From: Phycisphaeraceae bacterium
Lineage (GTDB): Bacteria > Planctomycetota > Phycisphaerae > Phycisphaerales > Phycisphaeraceae
Length of the DNA: 64,000 nt
NCBI GenBank assembly: GCA_963674705.1
Contig: OY771506.1
Location: 3,328,001-3,392,000, forward strand
Reading direction: 5' to 3'
The position numbers and the translations under genes are program-made. This document shows, piece after piece, positions 18,707-29,285 of this stretch. The stretch's first letter is position 1. The number at the start of each line of letters is the position of its first letter. The notes below the pieces were generated by a model, which was not told where the DNA came from, made no database searches, and saw nothing but the letters and a program-made list of their open reading frames with translations.

Positions 18707-20713
18707 ATGCATCCAACGATCCGTCGCAGCCTTTATGTTCTGCTCTTCATCGTCGCACTGATCCCGGCCAAAACATTCGCACAGGCTACCGCGCCGGTCA
18801 CCAACCACCGCCACGAACATCATCACAATGACAAGCACCCGGTCGTCACCGACCAGAAGCTGATCTATACCAACCGCCAAGGCGCCGAACTCGACCTGCC
18901 GACAGATGAGCCGATGTTCACCTTCGTCGTCTTCGGCGACCGCACCGGCGGGCCCAAGGAAGGGATCGATGTCCTCGCCGATGCTGTCGCGGACGCCAAC
19001 CTGCTCGAGCCGGACCTTGTTATGACCGTCGGCGATATGGTGAACGGATACAACACCACGCCCGACTGGTTGGAGCAGATGACTCAGTACAAGCAGGTCA
19101 TGAACGAATTGCGCTGCCCATGGATGCCCGTGGCCGGCAACCACGACATCTACTGGCGCGGCGAAGGAAAGAAGCCGGAGGGTGAAAACGAATCCAATTA
19201 CGAAGCGCACTTCGGCCCGCTCTGGTACGCATTCGAACACAAGAACTGTTTCTTCATCGTGCTCTACACCGATGAAGGCAATCCCAAGACCGGCAACAAA
19301 ACCTACACCAAGCCCGAAGCACAAAAAATGAGCCCCGAACAGTTCGAATGGCTCAAGAGTATGCTCGAGAAAGCCAAGGACGCCGACCACGTCTTCCTGT
19401 TCATGCATCACCCGCGCTGGCATGGCAGGCAATACGGCGACGACTGGGAAAAGGTCCACAAAGAACTCGTCAAGGCCGGCAACGTCACCGCCGTCTTCGC
19501 CGGACACATCCACTTCATGACATACGATCAGCGCGACGGCATCGAGTATGTCGCGCTGGCGACAGTGGGGGGGAGTCAGGCCGGTACCGTCCCCGAGGCT
19601 GGTTCCCTGCATGAATTCCACCACGTCACCGTACGTAAAAACCAGATCGCATTGGCGTCGATACCGGTCGGGGAGGCGATGGACGTGCGCTTGATTACAT
19701 CTGACGTTGTCAAAATGGCAAGAGACCTCGCAGGCGTCCATCCCAACTTCGATAACGTGATCGAGGTCGGTGACGACGGATCGGCCATGACGGAGTTTAC
19801 CGTCACGGTCGACAATCCCGTAAAGTCCGACATACAGATCGAAGTGATGCCTTTCAGTGCCGACAGCCGTTGGGTCGTTACACCTGACCACGCCCACGCA
19901 CAGGTGCCCGGCAACGGTCAAATGAAACTGCGCTTCCAGGCCTTCCGTCCGGATGATTCGCTTGATGAATACACACGTCCGTTGGATGTCACCTTATCGA
20001 TGGATTTGCTGACAGACACAGCTCGTTACGCCATCCCCGACAAAACGCAAGTACTGCCCGGCTCGGTCGCGCTGCCTTACCCGCCACAAATGAAAGGTGA
20101 AGCGGTTCTGTATCTTGACGGCAACCGCGGCGCAGCCGTCGTCAATCCACGACTGGTCAAACTCGGCGGCGGCCCGTTCACCTTCGAGTGCTGGGTGAAA
20201 CCCGAATCCTTCGCCGAACGCACAGGCGTCATGGGCGCGCCAGGCTTCGGCATCTGGTTCGACAACGGCCGGCCCGTCTGCTACGTCTACAACGGCAAAG
20301 AGTGGTTCAACGTCTCCACCGACGACGGCAAAAAACTCGAACCCGGTAAAGCCTACCACCTTGCAGGCGTCTACAACGGCCGGCAACTACGCTTCTACAT
20401 CGACGGCATGCTTATCGGCCAGAAGAACGTCGACGGCAAGATCAAACTCGCCGGCGATCCGCTAACCTTCGGCGCCGAAACCACGCCCGGCGGCGAAACC
20501 AACACTCTCAACGGCTGGGTCGACGATGTGCGTCTCTCCAACTTCGCCCGTTACCAGGGTGAAAGCTTCAAACCCATCCGCCGACCCCAGACCGACGACC
20601 ACACCGTCCTGCTCCTTCACATGGACGCCGACCAGAACGGCTACATCTACGATGAGTCGGGCCACAAAGCCCACGCCGAGCTGCGTAAACCCGCGAAGAT
20701 CGATAGCGAATAA
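18707..20713 (+). CDS. Secreted calcineurin-like metallophosphoesterase with C-terminal LamG/ConA-like domain
   Basis: FGD, VGDMV, GNHD, HHP, FAGHIH; LamG-type FTFECWVKP...HLAGVYNG...FYIDG...WVDDVRLS. Confidence 0.88.
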   Translation: MHPTIRRSLYVLLFIVALIPAKTFAQATAPVTNHRHEHHHNDKHPVVTDQKLIYTNRQGAELDLPTDEPMFTFVVFGDRTGGPKEGIDVLADAVADANLLEPDLVMTVGDMVNGYNTTPDWLEQMTQYKQVMNELRCPWMPVAGNHDIYWRGEGKKPEGENESNYEAHFGPLWYAFEHKNCFFIVLYTDEGNPKTGNKTYTKPEAQKMSPEQFEWLKSMLEKAKDADHVFLFMHHPRWHGRQYGDDWEKVHKELVKAGNVTAVFAGHIHFMTYDQRDGIEYVALATVGGSQAGTVPEAGSLHEFHHVTVRKNQIALASIPVGEAMDVRLITSDVVKMARDLAGVHPNFDNVIEVGDDGSAMTEFTVTVDNPVKSDIQIEVMPFSADSRWVVTPDHAHAQVPGNGQMKLRFQAFRPDDSLDEYTRPLDVTLSMDLLTDTARYAIPDKTQVLPGSVALPYPPQMKGEAVLYLDGNRGAAVVNPRLVKLGGGPFTFECWVKPESFAERTGVMGAPGFGIWFDNGRPVCYVYNGKEWFNVSTDDGKKLEPGKAYHLAGVYNGRQLRFYIDGMLIGQKNVDGKIKLAGDPLTFGAETTPGGETNTLNGWVDDVRLSNFARYQGESFKPIRRPQTDDHTVLLLHMDADQNGYIYDESGHKAHAELRKPAKIDSE

Positions 20714-20806
20714 TCCTACCCCCTCTCCCCTCGGGAAAGGGCCGGGGTGAGGGCCGGATTCATTACGTGATTGACAGACACCATATAGCTCGACCATCCT
20801 GGTCGA
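20712..20806. repeat. Palindromic repeat family A, extended form shared with 28006-28101
   Basis: AATCCTACCCCCTCTCCCCTCGGGA(A/G)AGGGCCGGGGTGAGGGCCGGATT(C/G)ATTACGTG then TTGACA and CGACCATCCT in both copies. Confidence 0.85.
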
Positions 20807-20827
20807 GTTATTGCTTGATGCACGGGA

Positions 20828-21919
20828 TTACCGCCACGCTTTAATGCGCATCATCTTCCCGTCTTCCTTCGCCGAGCGCTCGCACGCATCGAGATATGCC
20901 TGGATCTGTGCGCCGCGGACAAGGTCCGGCTGATCGTTCTTGCCCGTGCGGATCGATCTGATAAACCGCTGATAAATCGTCGGCGTTGCCTTGATCACGC
21001 GCGTCTTCCACTGCACCTTCTTCACATCGCGCCCAAGACACACGCGCAGGTGGTTGTAGTCCGTATCCAGATCGATCGCCAGCGCGCCGTCCGTGCCGTG
21101 CACCTCAAGCGCCACGCTGTTGGCATACCCCGTCGCCCAGCGTGTCGTGTTCGCCTGGCCGACCGCGCCGTTGACGAACGACATTTCGATCATCGCTGTA
21201 TCGTTGGCGTCGAGCTTTTTGCCCCGGTACTTCGCGATGTATGCTTTTTCATTCGGGTCATACTTCAGGAACGTGTGCAACCGGCAACCGAGTTTATCGA
21301 CATCGCCCGCCACGCCCGTGATAAAGTCCAGCAGGTGGCAGCCGATATCACCGAGCACGCCGCCCGATCCCGCCGCGGTCTGCAACCGCCACAGCCACGC
21401 CTCGCCCGTCCAGTGCCCCCAATTACCCGATGAAAGCCAGGACTGAAGGTATCGCCCGCGCACGTGCCTGATTTCGCCCAGCTTCCCGCTCGCCACCAGC
21501 TTCGCCGCCGCATGGAACGCCGCCGAATTGCGGTAGCTGAAGTTGATCATGTGGATGATGCCTTGATCGCTTGCTTTGGCAGCAGCCTTCGCCGCCTTCT
21601 TCGCATCCGCCAGCGACAGCCCCAAAGGCTTCTCGCACAGGATATGCTTACCCGCCTTCATCGCCCGGATCGCCTGCTCCACATGGAACTTATCCGGTGT
21701 CACGATCGACAGTGCATCCACCGCATCCAGCAGATCGTCCGGATCGCTGAACACGTGCTTGAACCCATGGTTTTGCGCATAGGTTTTCGCTCGCTCGTGG
21801 TTCACATCCATGCAGCCGACGAACTCGACGCCCCGGATCTTCTTGAACTCCATCGCGTGCAGGTTCGCCATGCCCCCGGTCCCGAGGACGCCCAGCCTGA
21901 TCTTGTTTGATTTTGCCAT
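20828..21919 (-). CDS. Gfo/Idh/MocA family oxidoreductase
   Basis: LGVLGTGGMA, HILCEKPL, GGVLGDIGCH. Confidence 0.92.
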   Translation of the reverse strand: MAKSNKIRLGVLGTGGMANLHAMEFKKIRGVEFVGCMDVNHERAKTYAQNHGFKHVFSDPDDLLDAVDALSIVTPDKFHVEQAIRAMKAGKHILCEKPLGLSLADAKKAAKAAAKASDQGIIHMINFSYRNSAAFHAAAKLVASGKLGEIRHVRGRYLQSWLSSGNWGHWTGEAWLWRLQTAAGSGGVLGDIGCHLLDFITGVAGDVDKLGCRLHTFLKYDPNEKAYIAKYRGKKLDANDTAMIEMSFVNGAVGQANTTRWATGYANSVALEVHGTDGALAIDLDTDYNHLRVCLGRDVKKVQWKTRVIKATPTIYQRFIRSIRTGKNDQPDLVRGAQIQAYLDACERSAKEDGKMMRIKAWR

Positions 21920-21976
21920 AGGCAGTTATCGTAGCGAGTTCTTTGGCTGCGTCATGTTTGGACCTATACTGTTCTG

Positions 21977-23590
21977 ATGATCCGTTATCTGAAGTTTATG
22001 ACGGCAATCCTGTTGTTTGCCATCGCGACGGTACTTTCCGGGGCATCCGGAGTGTCCGAGGCCTATGGGGATACAGGGGGTTCCGGGGCTGATGATGCCG
22101 AAACGTACGAGCTATTTGTGTCACACGCCGAACCCGAAGCGATCGCCGGCGCGAAGCTGAGCGTGCTTTCCTACAACGCCGACATCAATGGCTTTCGCAC
22201 GGTGGGGGGGATCGATGCCGTGTTTGATCAACAAGCCCGTTGCAACGTCAACCTGCCGCCAGGCCGGTATATCTTTGAAGTCCTGAGCAACCATCAACCG
22301 GACACCATCGTTGCCTTGCGCTCAAACCCAATGGCGCTGCGTCGTGGCAGAAAGATCGAAGTCATCGCGAGCCAGCCCGTCCCGCTTGAGGTGCTTGTCG
22401 AGCGTAAGCCGGTCACACTGGAAACGGTCATGGTCCGCTCAGCCGCAACCGAAGGCGCATTGAAGTGGCAAGCCAAAGAAGATCAGCAAACACTATCCCT
22501 GATCCTGACGCCGAACGAAAACTATCGCCTTGCGATCTTCGCCAATCGAGAAAACCAGCGCTACGCATTCTGGCTAAAGAGCCGATCGCAAGACCTGAAA
22601 ACCGTCACGCTGCCGATGGATAAGGCCCGACGTCTGAAGTTCACCTGGCGCGATGGCGGCGAGCCGCGTGACGAATCCAAGCCCGCGCATGTCACGCTGT
22701 TCTTCCCGGATAACACCTGGCGTCTTGCCCTCGAACCTGATCTTGAGATCTACACCAACCGCCGATACATGGAGATGGCCTACAGCTACCCGACCCCACG
22801 CGGAACGTCCATGTACTTCCATCAAAAAGGCTACCTTCTTGAGAAGGACGGCACGATCGAGATCGGCGGGCCGGTCAAAGCGTACGCCTTCATCGCGGTG
22901 CAAAAAACCTATCAGTCACATGTCCGATACGAGCCCATGCTCTACCACCATGTCTGGCTGGCAGACGAATCGCAGCACCAGCTCAATCCGGTCGAATCCA
23001 AAGCCAACCTTAAATCCGTCCTGCATCGCATCGATGGAAAGGAAGTACCGAGTAATCCATTGCCAGCCGGCTCATTGGATAACCTGCGGCCATTATCCGA
23101 ACACTTCTACGTCGACATCTCCTACGACCTGGGAACCCCGCAGCAAATCGAACTCGCTCCGGTCGAACCGGTCGAAGTGCATTCCGCACACTTTGTGATG
23201 CCTGCCGTCCCCGGCTGGGAATGGCGCACCAAGGTCTATCTTTTACGAGCAGAACGCGCCTATCAGATGTTAGGGCCGGTAAGTGAATTCCCCGCCTCAT
23301 CCAACGTCATCATCGGATTCATGACCGACACAAGCCGGGCACGAGGCGGATGGAAAGGCAAACGCCGGGGAAGCAAACGCGGCCACATCAATATGCCGTT
23401 CCGCCATTACGTTCACGGCTTCGACGCCTTTGCACATACCAAGTTCCTCGTGCATGAAGTCGCTCATACCTACGGCTATCCCCACGGCGAAGCCATGAGC
23501 GCCACTCAACATGAGGCCGAACGACGTTACCACGAACACCGCTGGTTTGCCGCGGATAATCCCGATTACATCCCAAGCATCGCCTGGTAG
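21977..23590 (+). CDS. Secreted hypothetical protein with C-terminal zincin motif
   Basis: Signal peptide; HEVAHTYGYPH matches HExxHxxGxxH. Confidence 0.7.
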   Translation: MIRYLKFMTAILLFAIATVLSGASGVSEAYGDTGGSGADDAETYELFVSHAEPEAIAGAKLSVLSYNADINGFRTVGGIDAVFDQQARCNVNLPPGRYIFEVLSNHQPDTIVALRSNPMALRRGRKIEVIASQPVPLEVLVERKPVTLETVMVRSAATEGALKWQAKEDQQTLSLILTPNENYRLAIFANRENQRYAFWLKSRSQDLKTVTLPMDKARRLKFTWRDGGEPRDESKPAHVTLFFPDNTWRLALEPDLEIYTNRRYMEMAYSYPTPRGTSMYFHQKGYLLEKDGTIEIGGPVKAYAFIAVQKTYQSHVRYEPMLYHHVWLADESQHQLNPVESKANLKSVLHRIDGKEVPSNPLPAGSLDNLRPLSEHFYVDISYDLGTPQQIELAPVEPVEVHSAHFVMPAVPGWEWRTKVYLLRAERAYQMLGPVSEFPASSNVIIGFMTDTSRARGGWKGKRRGSKRGHINMPFRHYVHGFDAFAHTKFLVHEVAHTYGYPHGEAMSATQHEAERRYHEHRWFAADNPDYIPSIAW

Positions 23591-23605
23591 CTATAATGAC
23601 TGACC

Positions 23606-25051
23606 ATGTGGCGAGGCAATACCATAATCAAACCGAGCGTGAATCGTTGGCAATTCATCCTGCAGCTTGCGTTACTCCTGCCATGCTTGCTGCTGGGAAG
23701 TTGCGATGAGAAAGACATCACGCAAAAGACCCTGCCGGAACCGCAAGTCACCGTTATCAAACTCGACATGACACGTCCCGCAGACGCTGACGATTCCGCG
23801 GGTGGTCTGACCGTCGCCGATGTCAATGATGATGGGTTGATGGACTACCTTGTGACCATGCCCGGCCGACTTGTCGTATACGAAAACAACGGCAGCAAGC
23901 TTTGGGCGATCGATGCCGATATCGTCGTCAGCGCGCAGAGCGAAACCGACGGCCTGCCCGGGCATCACGGGCCCGGCGTCGCTGCGGGTGATGTCGATGG
24001 CGACGGGTCATGCGAAGTCATATTCCTTTCACGTGACGGCACGCTCCATGTCTATAACGGCGCAACGGGTAAAACCGACGCCACCGCCAAACCGCCCGTC
24101 CCCGAAGGCGCTGAACGCTGGGAACTGGCGATGATCGCCGACCTGCGCGGCAAAGGCGACGATCGCGACATCATCCTCCAGGCTACCAACACCGGCGACT
24201 ATCGCATAGGCAAGTTCATGGCTGCGTACGCATACGAAGACCTGATCGCCGGCAAACAACCGCTCTGGCAAACCGATACCTTCGATCCCTGTTATCACAA
24301 CGGCGCTCGACCCGCCGACATCGACGGCGACGGCCGGGATGAAGTGGTCGGCCGTGTCATCCTTAATGAAGATGGTAGCGTCCTGACGCACGCATTACAT
24401 TCAAAAAGCCACGGCGACGCCATCGCCATCGCGGATGTTCGCCCTGATCTGCCCGGGCTCGAAGTCGTCATGCCGGAGGAAGGCGTCAACCACATCCAAC
24501 TCATCAGCGTCGCCGGCCCTGTCTGGCGTGTGCACTACAAACACGAGGAGCCGCAAAACATCGCGGTCGGCCGATTCAATCCCGAATCCGATGCGCTCTA
24601 CATCTGGTGTCGATCGCGCTTCAAGACACATCAAAAACCGTTCGTCTTCGATGCCTACGGCGCATTGGTTACCGAATACGAGATGGATGATGTCAAACCG
24701 CGCGGCTGGACCGACAGCGGTGTTGAGGTCATCCATACAATCGACTGGACTGGGCAGTCCACACAACTCGCCTGTGCCAAGGAACGACACGAAGCCGGCG
24801 ACGTCGCGCTGTTCGAGCCATTAACCGGTCGCTTCGTGTTGCACATCCCCGAACAGGCAGACCGCCTGTATGTCGCGGATGTAAGCGGCGACTGGCGCGA
24901 GGAGATCATCGTGCTGTCGCACCTGTCAACCGGAAGCGAGCTTCACATCTACACCAATCCCGCCGAAAATCCGCAACCGGATCGCCCTTCACTTTGGCAG
25001 GATCGCAACTATCGAAGACTCAAGCAATGTCACAATTACTACTCGCCCTGA
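23606..25051 (+). CDS. FG-GAP/VCBS-repeat beta-propeller lipoprotein (rhamnogalacturonan lyase PL11-like C-terminus)
   Basis: Lipobox LGSC; repeated DVNDDG, DVDGDG, DIDGDGRDE; HGDA; ADVSGDWREEII. Confidence 0.7.
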   Translation: MWRGNTIIKPSVNRWQFILQLALLLPCLLLGSCDEKDITQKTLPEPQVTVIKLDMTRPADADDSAGGLTVADVNDDGLMDYLVTMPGRLVVYENNGSKLWAIDADIVVSAQSETDGLPGHHGPGVAAGDVDGDGSCEVIFLSRDGTLHVYNGATGKTDATAKPPVPEGAERWELAMIADLRGKGDDRDIILQATNTGDYRIGKFMAAYAYEDLIAGKQPLWQTDTFDPCYHNGARPADIDGDGRDEVVGRVILNEDGSVLTHALHSKSHGDAIAIADVRPDLPGLEVVMPEEGVNHIQLISVAGPVWRVHYKHEEPQNIAVGRFNPESDALYIWCRSRFKTHQKPFVFDAYGALVTEYEMDDVKPRGWTDSGVEVIHTIDWTGQSTQLACAKERHEAGDVALFEPLTGRFVLHIPEQADRLYVADVSGDWREEIIVLSHLSTGSELHIYTNPAENPQPDRPSLWQDRNYRRLKQCHNYYSP

Positions 25052-25183
25052 TGCGTGCGAATCAGTCTGTGGCGCTGTGAAACAAGTTACTTTTCATAAA
25101 AATGCGTATGCCGGCTTGCGTTAACGCGTCGCATCCGAGATAACAGGCAGCACGATCTTGAATCTCATGTCAGGGAGGTTGCT

Positions 25184-26779
25184 ATGCGTTTCCTTTCCGC
25201 TGCTCTCTTCGTCGTGTTCAGTTTCTGTTTGCTATCAACACAAGCACAAGCCGAACAAGCGCCTTCGGTCGGGATACACGCGGCTGTTCTGCAAGGCAAC
25301 CTTGATGCGGTTAAGCAACACATCGAAGCCGGCACCGACCTGAACCAGAAAGATGCGTTCGGCTCATGCCCGCTCATTCTCGCGGCCGTCTTCGATAAGA
25401 CCGACATCGCTAAAACGCTCATCGATGCAGGCGCAGACCTGGGCATCCGTAACAACAACGGCGGCACACCCCTGCACGTCGCGGCGTTTCTATGCAGAAC
25501 CGATATCGTCCAGGCCTTGCTGGATCACGGGGCCGACCGACACCTGCGTGATAACTTCGCGAACACGCCCGCCGATTCCGTCGCTGCGCCTTTTGAAGAA
25601 GTCAAACCCGTCTACGACAGCATGGCCCGGTCGCTTGCGCCGCTCGGCCTGCAACTCGATTACGAATACATCCAGCAGACCCGCCCGAAGATCATCCAGA
25701 TGCTGCGGCCAAGCGCGGACGAACTGGCAAAGATCGACTACACGCCACAAGCCGTTGACGGTTGGGAAATCTCCACGCCTGAAGAGCAAGGGCTCGATCC
25801 GCAGCTTGTTGCAGAGCTTTACGATGATGCCGCCGCGATGCCCAAACTCTACAGCCTCATCATCATCAAGAACGACAAAATCGTCGCCGAACAATACTAC
25901 AACGGCGCAACGATTGACCGTAAGACACGCCTCGCTTCGGTAACTAAAAGCTTCACCTCCGCGCTGACCGCCATCGCACTTGAAAAGGGGATCCTTAAAA
26001 ACATCGATCAGAAAATGATCGACTCGTTCCCTGAAGTGACGGACACCATTACCGACCCACGCAAGAAACAGATCACGATCAAGCACCTATTGCAGATGCG
26101 AGCCGGCTTCCCTTGGGAAGAAATGAAGCAAGAATACTGGGACGGCATCCTGTCCGGCGACTACGTCCCGCTCATCGAAAAGACGCCGCTGCTCGGCGAC
26201 CCCGGCTCGCAGTTCAACTACAGCAACCTCTCCTCCAACTGGTTAGGGATTATCATCGCCCGCGCCGCCGACACCAACCTCAAAACCTTCGCGCAAGACA
26301 ATCTCTTTAACCAGATCGACATCGAGTGCGGCGAATGGAGCACCGACGCCCACGGCAACAACAACGGTTGCGGCAACCTCCATCTGACCGCACGAGGCGC
26401 CGCAAAACTCGGCCTGGTCTATCTCAACAACGGCCAATACAACGGCAAGCAGATCATCCCCGCCGATTGGGTCGAAGCCTCTTTAGCAAACTATTCTCCC
26501 GACGCGTGGATCACCAGGGACAAGGTCAACCACATCGGCCCATACTTCCGCGACCTCGGCTACGGCTACCAGTGGTGGTCCGCACAAGTCGGCGACCACG
26601 ACATCGACTTCGCCTGGGGACACGGCGGCCAACTCGTCATCCTCCTGCACGATAAGAACATGATCGTCGCCACTACCACCGACGCTTTCTTCCTCCAACA
26701 CGACGACGAAGCCTGGTGGCACGAAAAGTCCACGATCAACATGGTCGGCAAGTTTATAAAGGCTTTGCCGGCGAAATAA
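25184..26779 (+). CDS. Ankyrin-repeat / serine beta-lactamase-like hydrolase fusion
   Basis: Signal peptide; ankyrin GGTPLHVAA...LLDHGAD; SVTK (SxxK), YSN (YxN), YGYQWW, WGHGGQ. Confidence 0.88.
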   Translation: MRFLSAALFVVFSFCLLSTQAQAEQAPSVGIHAAVLQGNLDAVKQHIEAGTDLNQKDAFGSCPLILAAVFDKTDIAKTLIDAGADLGIRNNNGGTPLHVAAFLCRTDIVQALLDHGADRHLRDNFANTPADSVAAPFEEVKPVYDSMARSLAPLGLQLDYEYIQQTRPKIIQMLRPSADELAKIDYTPQAVDGWEISTPEEQGLDPQLVAELYDDAAAMPKLYSLIIIKNDKIVAEQYYNGATIDRKTRLASVTKSFTSALTAIALEKGILKNIDQKMIDSFPEVTDTITDPRKKQITIKHLLQMRAGFPWEEMKQEYWDGILSGDYVPLIEKTPLLGDPGSQFNYSNLSSNWLGIIIARAADTNLKTFAQDNLFNQIDIECGEWSTDAHGNNNGCGNLHLTARGAAKLGLVYLNNGQYNGKQIIPADWVEASLANYSPDAWITRDKVNHIGPYFRDLGYGYQWWSAQVGDHDIDFAWGHGGQLVILLHDKNMIVATTTDAFFLQHDDEAWWHEKSTINMVGKFIKALPAK

Positions 26780-26874
26780 GATCAGTAGATAACAATAAAT
26801 GTATGAATGGCTAGATATCGCATCATTTATGAAAACTGGTGATAAGGTATATCAAGATTAGCCGACATAACAAT

Positions 26875-27984
26875 ATGCATGGTATCCACAGAATTTGTGT
26901 GGCCCTTATCCTGCTTGCCGCTGCGGCGCCGGTCCTCGCAGGATTCAAACCAGCTTTCAGTTTAGGCTACTCACTTCAACACGCCACACACATCGTGCTC
27001 GTGACCGAAGGCGATGTGGTGGATGGGAACCTGGAAGTTATCGAGTCTTGGCGTGGTGACCTCAAGCCGAAGGCGATGATCAACATTCCTGATCTGGCGC
27101 AAATGGCTGATGAGAAACTGAACGAAGTCCAATGGTTTAGAGAAGACCTGGTTCATGCGCCTTATGTCCGCAAGGTCACGGGGCAAAGGATCGTGCTTTT
27201 TCTGATAGACAAGGATAAAGCGCAGAACGTGCATGATTCGGTAAAGCCGGCCGGCGACTGGTTGCCCGCCAGTTACTATGGTCTCGGTGGATTCAAGACG
27301 TCCGCCCTGTGGTTGGAAAACGGTGAAGCTTATGGCTTCTTGCAGGTATTCAATCCGGGCCCCAGCGAGCTACGCCACACATATACCGAAGTTGAAGTCA
27401 AAGCCCGCATCTTCGGAAGTAATGTCATAAAGGATGAGTTTGTCAAAGCTGTTGAGCAGAGCGATCCTATCCGCCTCGTCCAGGCAATGACCGCGTATAA
27501 ACACTCCCGGGACTATGAAGGCATGTTTGCATGCACAAAATCGCTCGGGCATATGGGTGATGTTGCTTTGCCATCGCTACGAAAGTTATTAATGGACCGC
27601 ACGTACAGCTCATCGCATCCTAAGATCATTCATGCGCTTGCAGAAGCGGGGGGGATTGATGCCGCGCCGGACCTGACATCGCTTCTAAATGAAGAAGTAT
27701 CATTCTGGAAAGCGCATCCTCCGGATAAGGAAGTTGGCTGGTGGAATAGCACCGCGGAGAAACAGGAACAGCAGATTCAGTGGTACAAGTACCAGCAAGG
27801 GATTCAACTTGAAGCACTGCGTGCCCTGAGGCCACTACGCTATGAACCAGCACGCGAAGTCGTGGTCACTTGCAGAGACCTGTGGCAAAAGAACGAAGTA
27901 CTGAGTGAAATGGGCGGCGACCAGATAGTCGATGCCTGCAACAGCGTGCTGAGAAACCTGGGTACGATCGCAACCGCCGAATAA
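26875..27984 (+). CDS. Secreted hypothetical protein with HEAT-like helices
   Basis: Signal peptide; LGHMGDVALPSLRKLL...ALAEAGGIDAAPDLTSLL; lower GC than core genes. Confidence 0.7.
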   Translation: MHGIHRICVALILLAAAAPVLAGFKPAFSLGYSLQHATHIVLVTEGDVVDGNLEVIESWRGDLKPKAMINIPDLAQMADEKLNEVQWFREDLVHAPYVRKVTGQRIVLFLIDKDKAQNVHDSVKPAGDWLPASYYGLGGFKTSALWLENGEAYGFLQVFNPGPSELRHTYTEVEVKARIFGSNVIKDEFVKAVEQSDPIRLVQAMTAYKHSRDYEGMFACTKSLGHMGDVALPSLRKLLMDRTYSSSHPKIIHALAEAGGIDAAPDLTSLLNEEVSFWKAHPPDKEVGWWNSTAEKQEQQIQWYKYQQGIQLEALRALRPLRYEPAREVVVTCRDLWQKNEVLSEMGGDQIVDACNSVLRNLGTIATAE

Positions 27985-28005
27985 CATGCCATCAGTTCAA
28001 TACGC

Positions 28006-28101
28006 AATCCTACCCCCTCTCCCCTCGGGAGAGGGCCGGGGTGAGGGCCGGATTGATTACGTGCTAAGCTTGACAACCAATAAACCGACCATCCTAATCG
28101 G
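28006..28101. repeat. Palindromic repeat family A, extended form
   Basis: Near-identical to 20712-20768; lies between convergent genes. Confidence 0.85.
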
Positions 28102-28113
28102 GTGTATTGTGTA

Positions 28114-28968
28114 TCAATTCCCAGCTTCAGTTTTGTTACGAACTTTCAACTGCGAATCGGAATACGGTTGACGCGGTGATTGCATCAGCTTATCAACAAT
28201 CGCTTGTTCATCCGGGTCTAAAAGAATGCTCTTTAGCATGTCTAGCGCATTGTTAGCCGTCTCACGATCGTCTTCTTTCATCGCCCATAGCAGATGTGTG
28301 AGTGGTTCCTGGCAGTCTCTTAAGATCTTTGAACGAAGGTCCTGGAAACGCCAGCCGGGATTGATTGTCACAAGGATCATCGCGTTGGTGGTGGGGCCTG
28401 ATACAGTCAATAACTTGACGTAATTAGTTAGTTGCTCGTCCGTCCACGTGCTTGGATCTTTCTTGATGATGTCACCCGTCAATAAACGAATCGCTTTGAT
28501 TTGCATCCCCTGATTGTTAATAACCAAAGGTAGCAGTGTTAATACTTCACGTTCATATATGATGTTGAACCGGTTATTTGCGACACCGTAAGCCCCAAAA
28601 ATCGGCATAAGGACTTCGTTGTTAAACGCTACACGTCCCTCTGCATCTTCAATGTAAGTCTGTTGCCAGTCCGGCTGATCGGTGATGTCCGCGTTATCTG
28701 CAATGCGCTTGAGGTTCTTGACGACAGATTTGAATCGGCCGTCTTCATCATCGATCTTTGGGAGATTGTCCCGGTCAGTCTTGGATAGATACGTTAAGTA
28801 TAAAGCTGCCGCCTTATAGTCCTTCGCGGCCCACTGCTCCGCCGTCGGGAACATGGGCGGTTCTGTCTGAGTTTCCTCTGCAAGTACAGAAGTACAAGGC
28901 AGGCAAAGAAACAGTAACACAAGCAGAAGTGTATTAGCCTTGACCGGAACGCTATGAATGGTAATCAT
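28114..28968 (-). CDS. Secreted hypothetical protein (AT-richer)
   Basis: ORF of ~284 aa with signal peptide LLLVLLFLCLPCTSVLA. Confidence 0.7.
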   Translation of the reverse strand: MITIHSVPVKANTLLLVLLFLCLPCTSVLAEETQTEPPMFPTAEQWAAKDYKAAALYLTYLSKTDRDNLPKIDDEDGRFKSVVKNLKRIADNADITDQPDWQQTYIEDAEGRVAFNNEVLMPIFGAYGVANNRFNIIYEREVLTLLPLVINNQGMQIKAIRLLTGDIIKKDPSTWTDEQLTNYVKLLTVSGPTTNAMILVTINPGWRFQDLRSKILRDCQEPLTHLLWAMKEDDRETANNALDMLKSILLDPDEQAIVDKLMQSPRQPYSDSQLKVRNKTEAGN

Positions 28969-29084
28969 GGATAACAAGTATAGGAACTTGAAGCAGTCGT
29001 TGGAAGTGCAAGGTTGGGATTATTGTGTGATGATTTAACCAATATCGTGATGTGTACGATCAAACATACGAATGTCGAAAAACA

Positions 29085-29285
29085 TCAATCGCTTGATTGT
29101 TCGGGTTCGCTTTTTGGTTTATAGGTGCGACGCGCTTCAAGTTCAGCGACGCGCTGCTCGGGCGGGACAGCAAAGCGCAGGTTCTTCGGCAACACGCAGC
29201 CTTTGCGCCCGGGCACGCAATCCGTCTTCAACCGACGGCAGTACTCAGCTTGTTCATCAAAATGCGGACACGACCAGGAACTCAT
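29085..29285 (-). CDS. Small four-cysteine protein
   Basis: MSSWSCPHFDEQAEYCRRLKTDCVPGRKGCVL; RBS AAAGGA upstream of ATG 29285. Confidence 0.7.
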   Translation of the reverse strand: MSSWSCPHFDEQAEYCRRLKTDCVPGRKGCVLPKNLRFAVPPEQRVAELEARRTYKPKSEPEQSSD

